From Octopus sinensis (taxonomy: Eukaryota): DNA of 64,000 nt. The first letter of the stretch is position 1. Each line of letters opens with the position of its first letter. Made by a program: the position numbers and the translations under genes. The stretch is from contig NC_042998.1 of the NCBI RefSeq assembly GCF_006345805.1, positions 38,936,001 to 39,000,000 of the forward strand. The letters run 5' to 3'. Below are positions 63,385 to 64,000 of this stretch, in pieces. The notes under the pieces were generated by a model. It ran no database searches, was not told where the DNA came from, and saw nothing but the letters and a program-made list of their open reading frames with translations.

Positions 63385-64000
63385 TTGGGTTGAGGAATAA
63401 TTCAAGAACGTTCTTTTCAAATTTATTTTAAACAAAAAAAAAACTACAAGTGTACCAGTAATATACTCTCCGTTGGTATTTATGACTTCCATCCATCGTT
63501 CAATAAGTTTTTCGATGCCTCGCCGATAGAAATCTCCCGCTCTTGACTCAAAATTCTTCCAGCCAAGCTTTCAATTCCACGTCCTTATTGAACGCTACAC
63601 CGAACAATGCAGTCGAAAGAGATGACAATCTGACGGTGTCAAGTCTGAAGAGTATGGAGGATGAGGCAACACCTGCCATTCGAGTTCTTGAATCTCAGCT
63701 TTGGTCCTATTGACGATATAAGGACGGGAGTTGCAGTCTTGCCGAAGAACGTCATTTCGCCTATTCGATGTTTTTGGCTGAATTGCTTCGTTGAGTCGGT
63801 GCAGTTGTTGAACTTATTGAGTTCCGTATTGAGTATTCAGTTGCGCTCAAGCAGTTCATAATGAATTATGTTTTCTCAATCCCACCATACATTCAATAAG
63901 TTCTTGTTTTGCTCGTGGAGTTGTTTCTTTGTTGGATCTGACCCATTCTTTTCGCTGCTTCATATTGACGTAAATGCACCATTTTTCATCGCCAGTGACA
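63385..64000 (-). mobile_element. Mariner (DD34D) transposon 3' half, runs off the window end
   Basis: TA + TTGGGTTGAGGAATAA TIR-like end; minus strand VTGDEKWCIYVNMKQRKEW, WQVLPHPPYSSDLTPSD, FYRRGIEKLIERW..NGEYIT. Confidence 0.88.

Overview
AT-rich, microsatellite- and transposon-dense eukaryotic genomic DNA. The SINE families and the mix of Penelope-like, RTE, Dong/R4, Tx1, mariner, pogo and Helitron relics resemble those of Octopus (cephalopod) genomes; this species call is inference from recalled repeat sequences, not a database hit. I found no recognisable host protein-coding gene. Most long six-frame ORFs are translations of simple repeats or transposon fragments. The only long intact ORF (20611-22470, 619 aa) is the RT + restriction-like endonuclease of a 5'-truncated Dong/R4-clade LINE sitting in a (TAA)n array. 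The most notable structures are: a well-formed minimal hammerhead ribozyme in a Penelope terminal repeat (28970-29024) plus degenerate copies; a perfect 39-bp snap-back inversion at the Dong 5' junction; stacked Dong 3' ends in TAA arrays; a near-identical ~1 kb tandem duplication (33116-35111); three foldback/palindromic elements; a possible env-like + LTR relic (17420-18740); and a possible spliced minus-strand non-coding or 5'UTR transcript starting near 32.8 kb. Coordinates of decayed elements are approximate.
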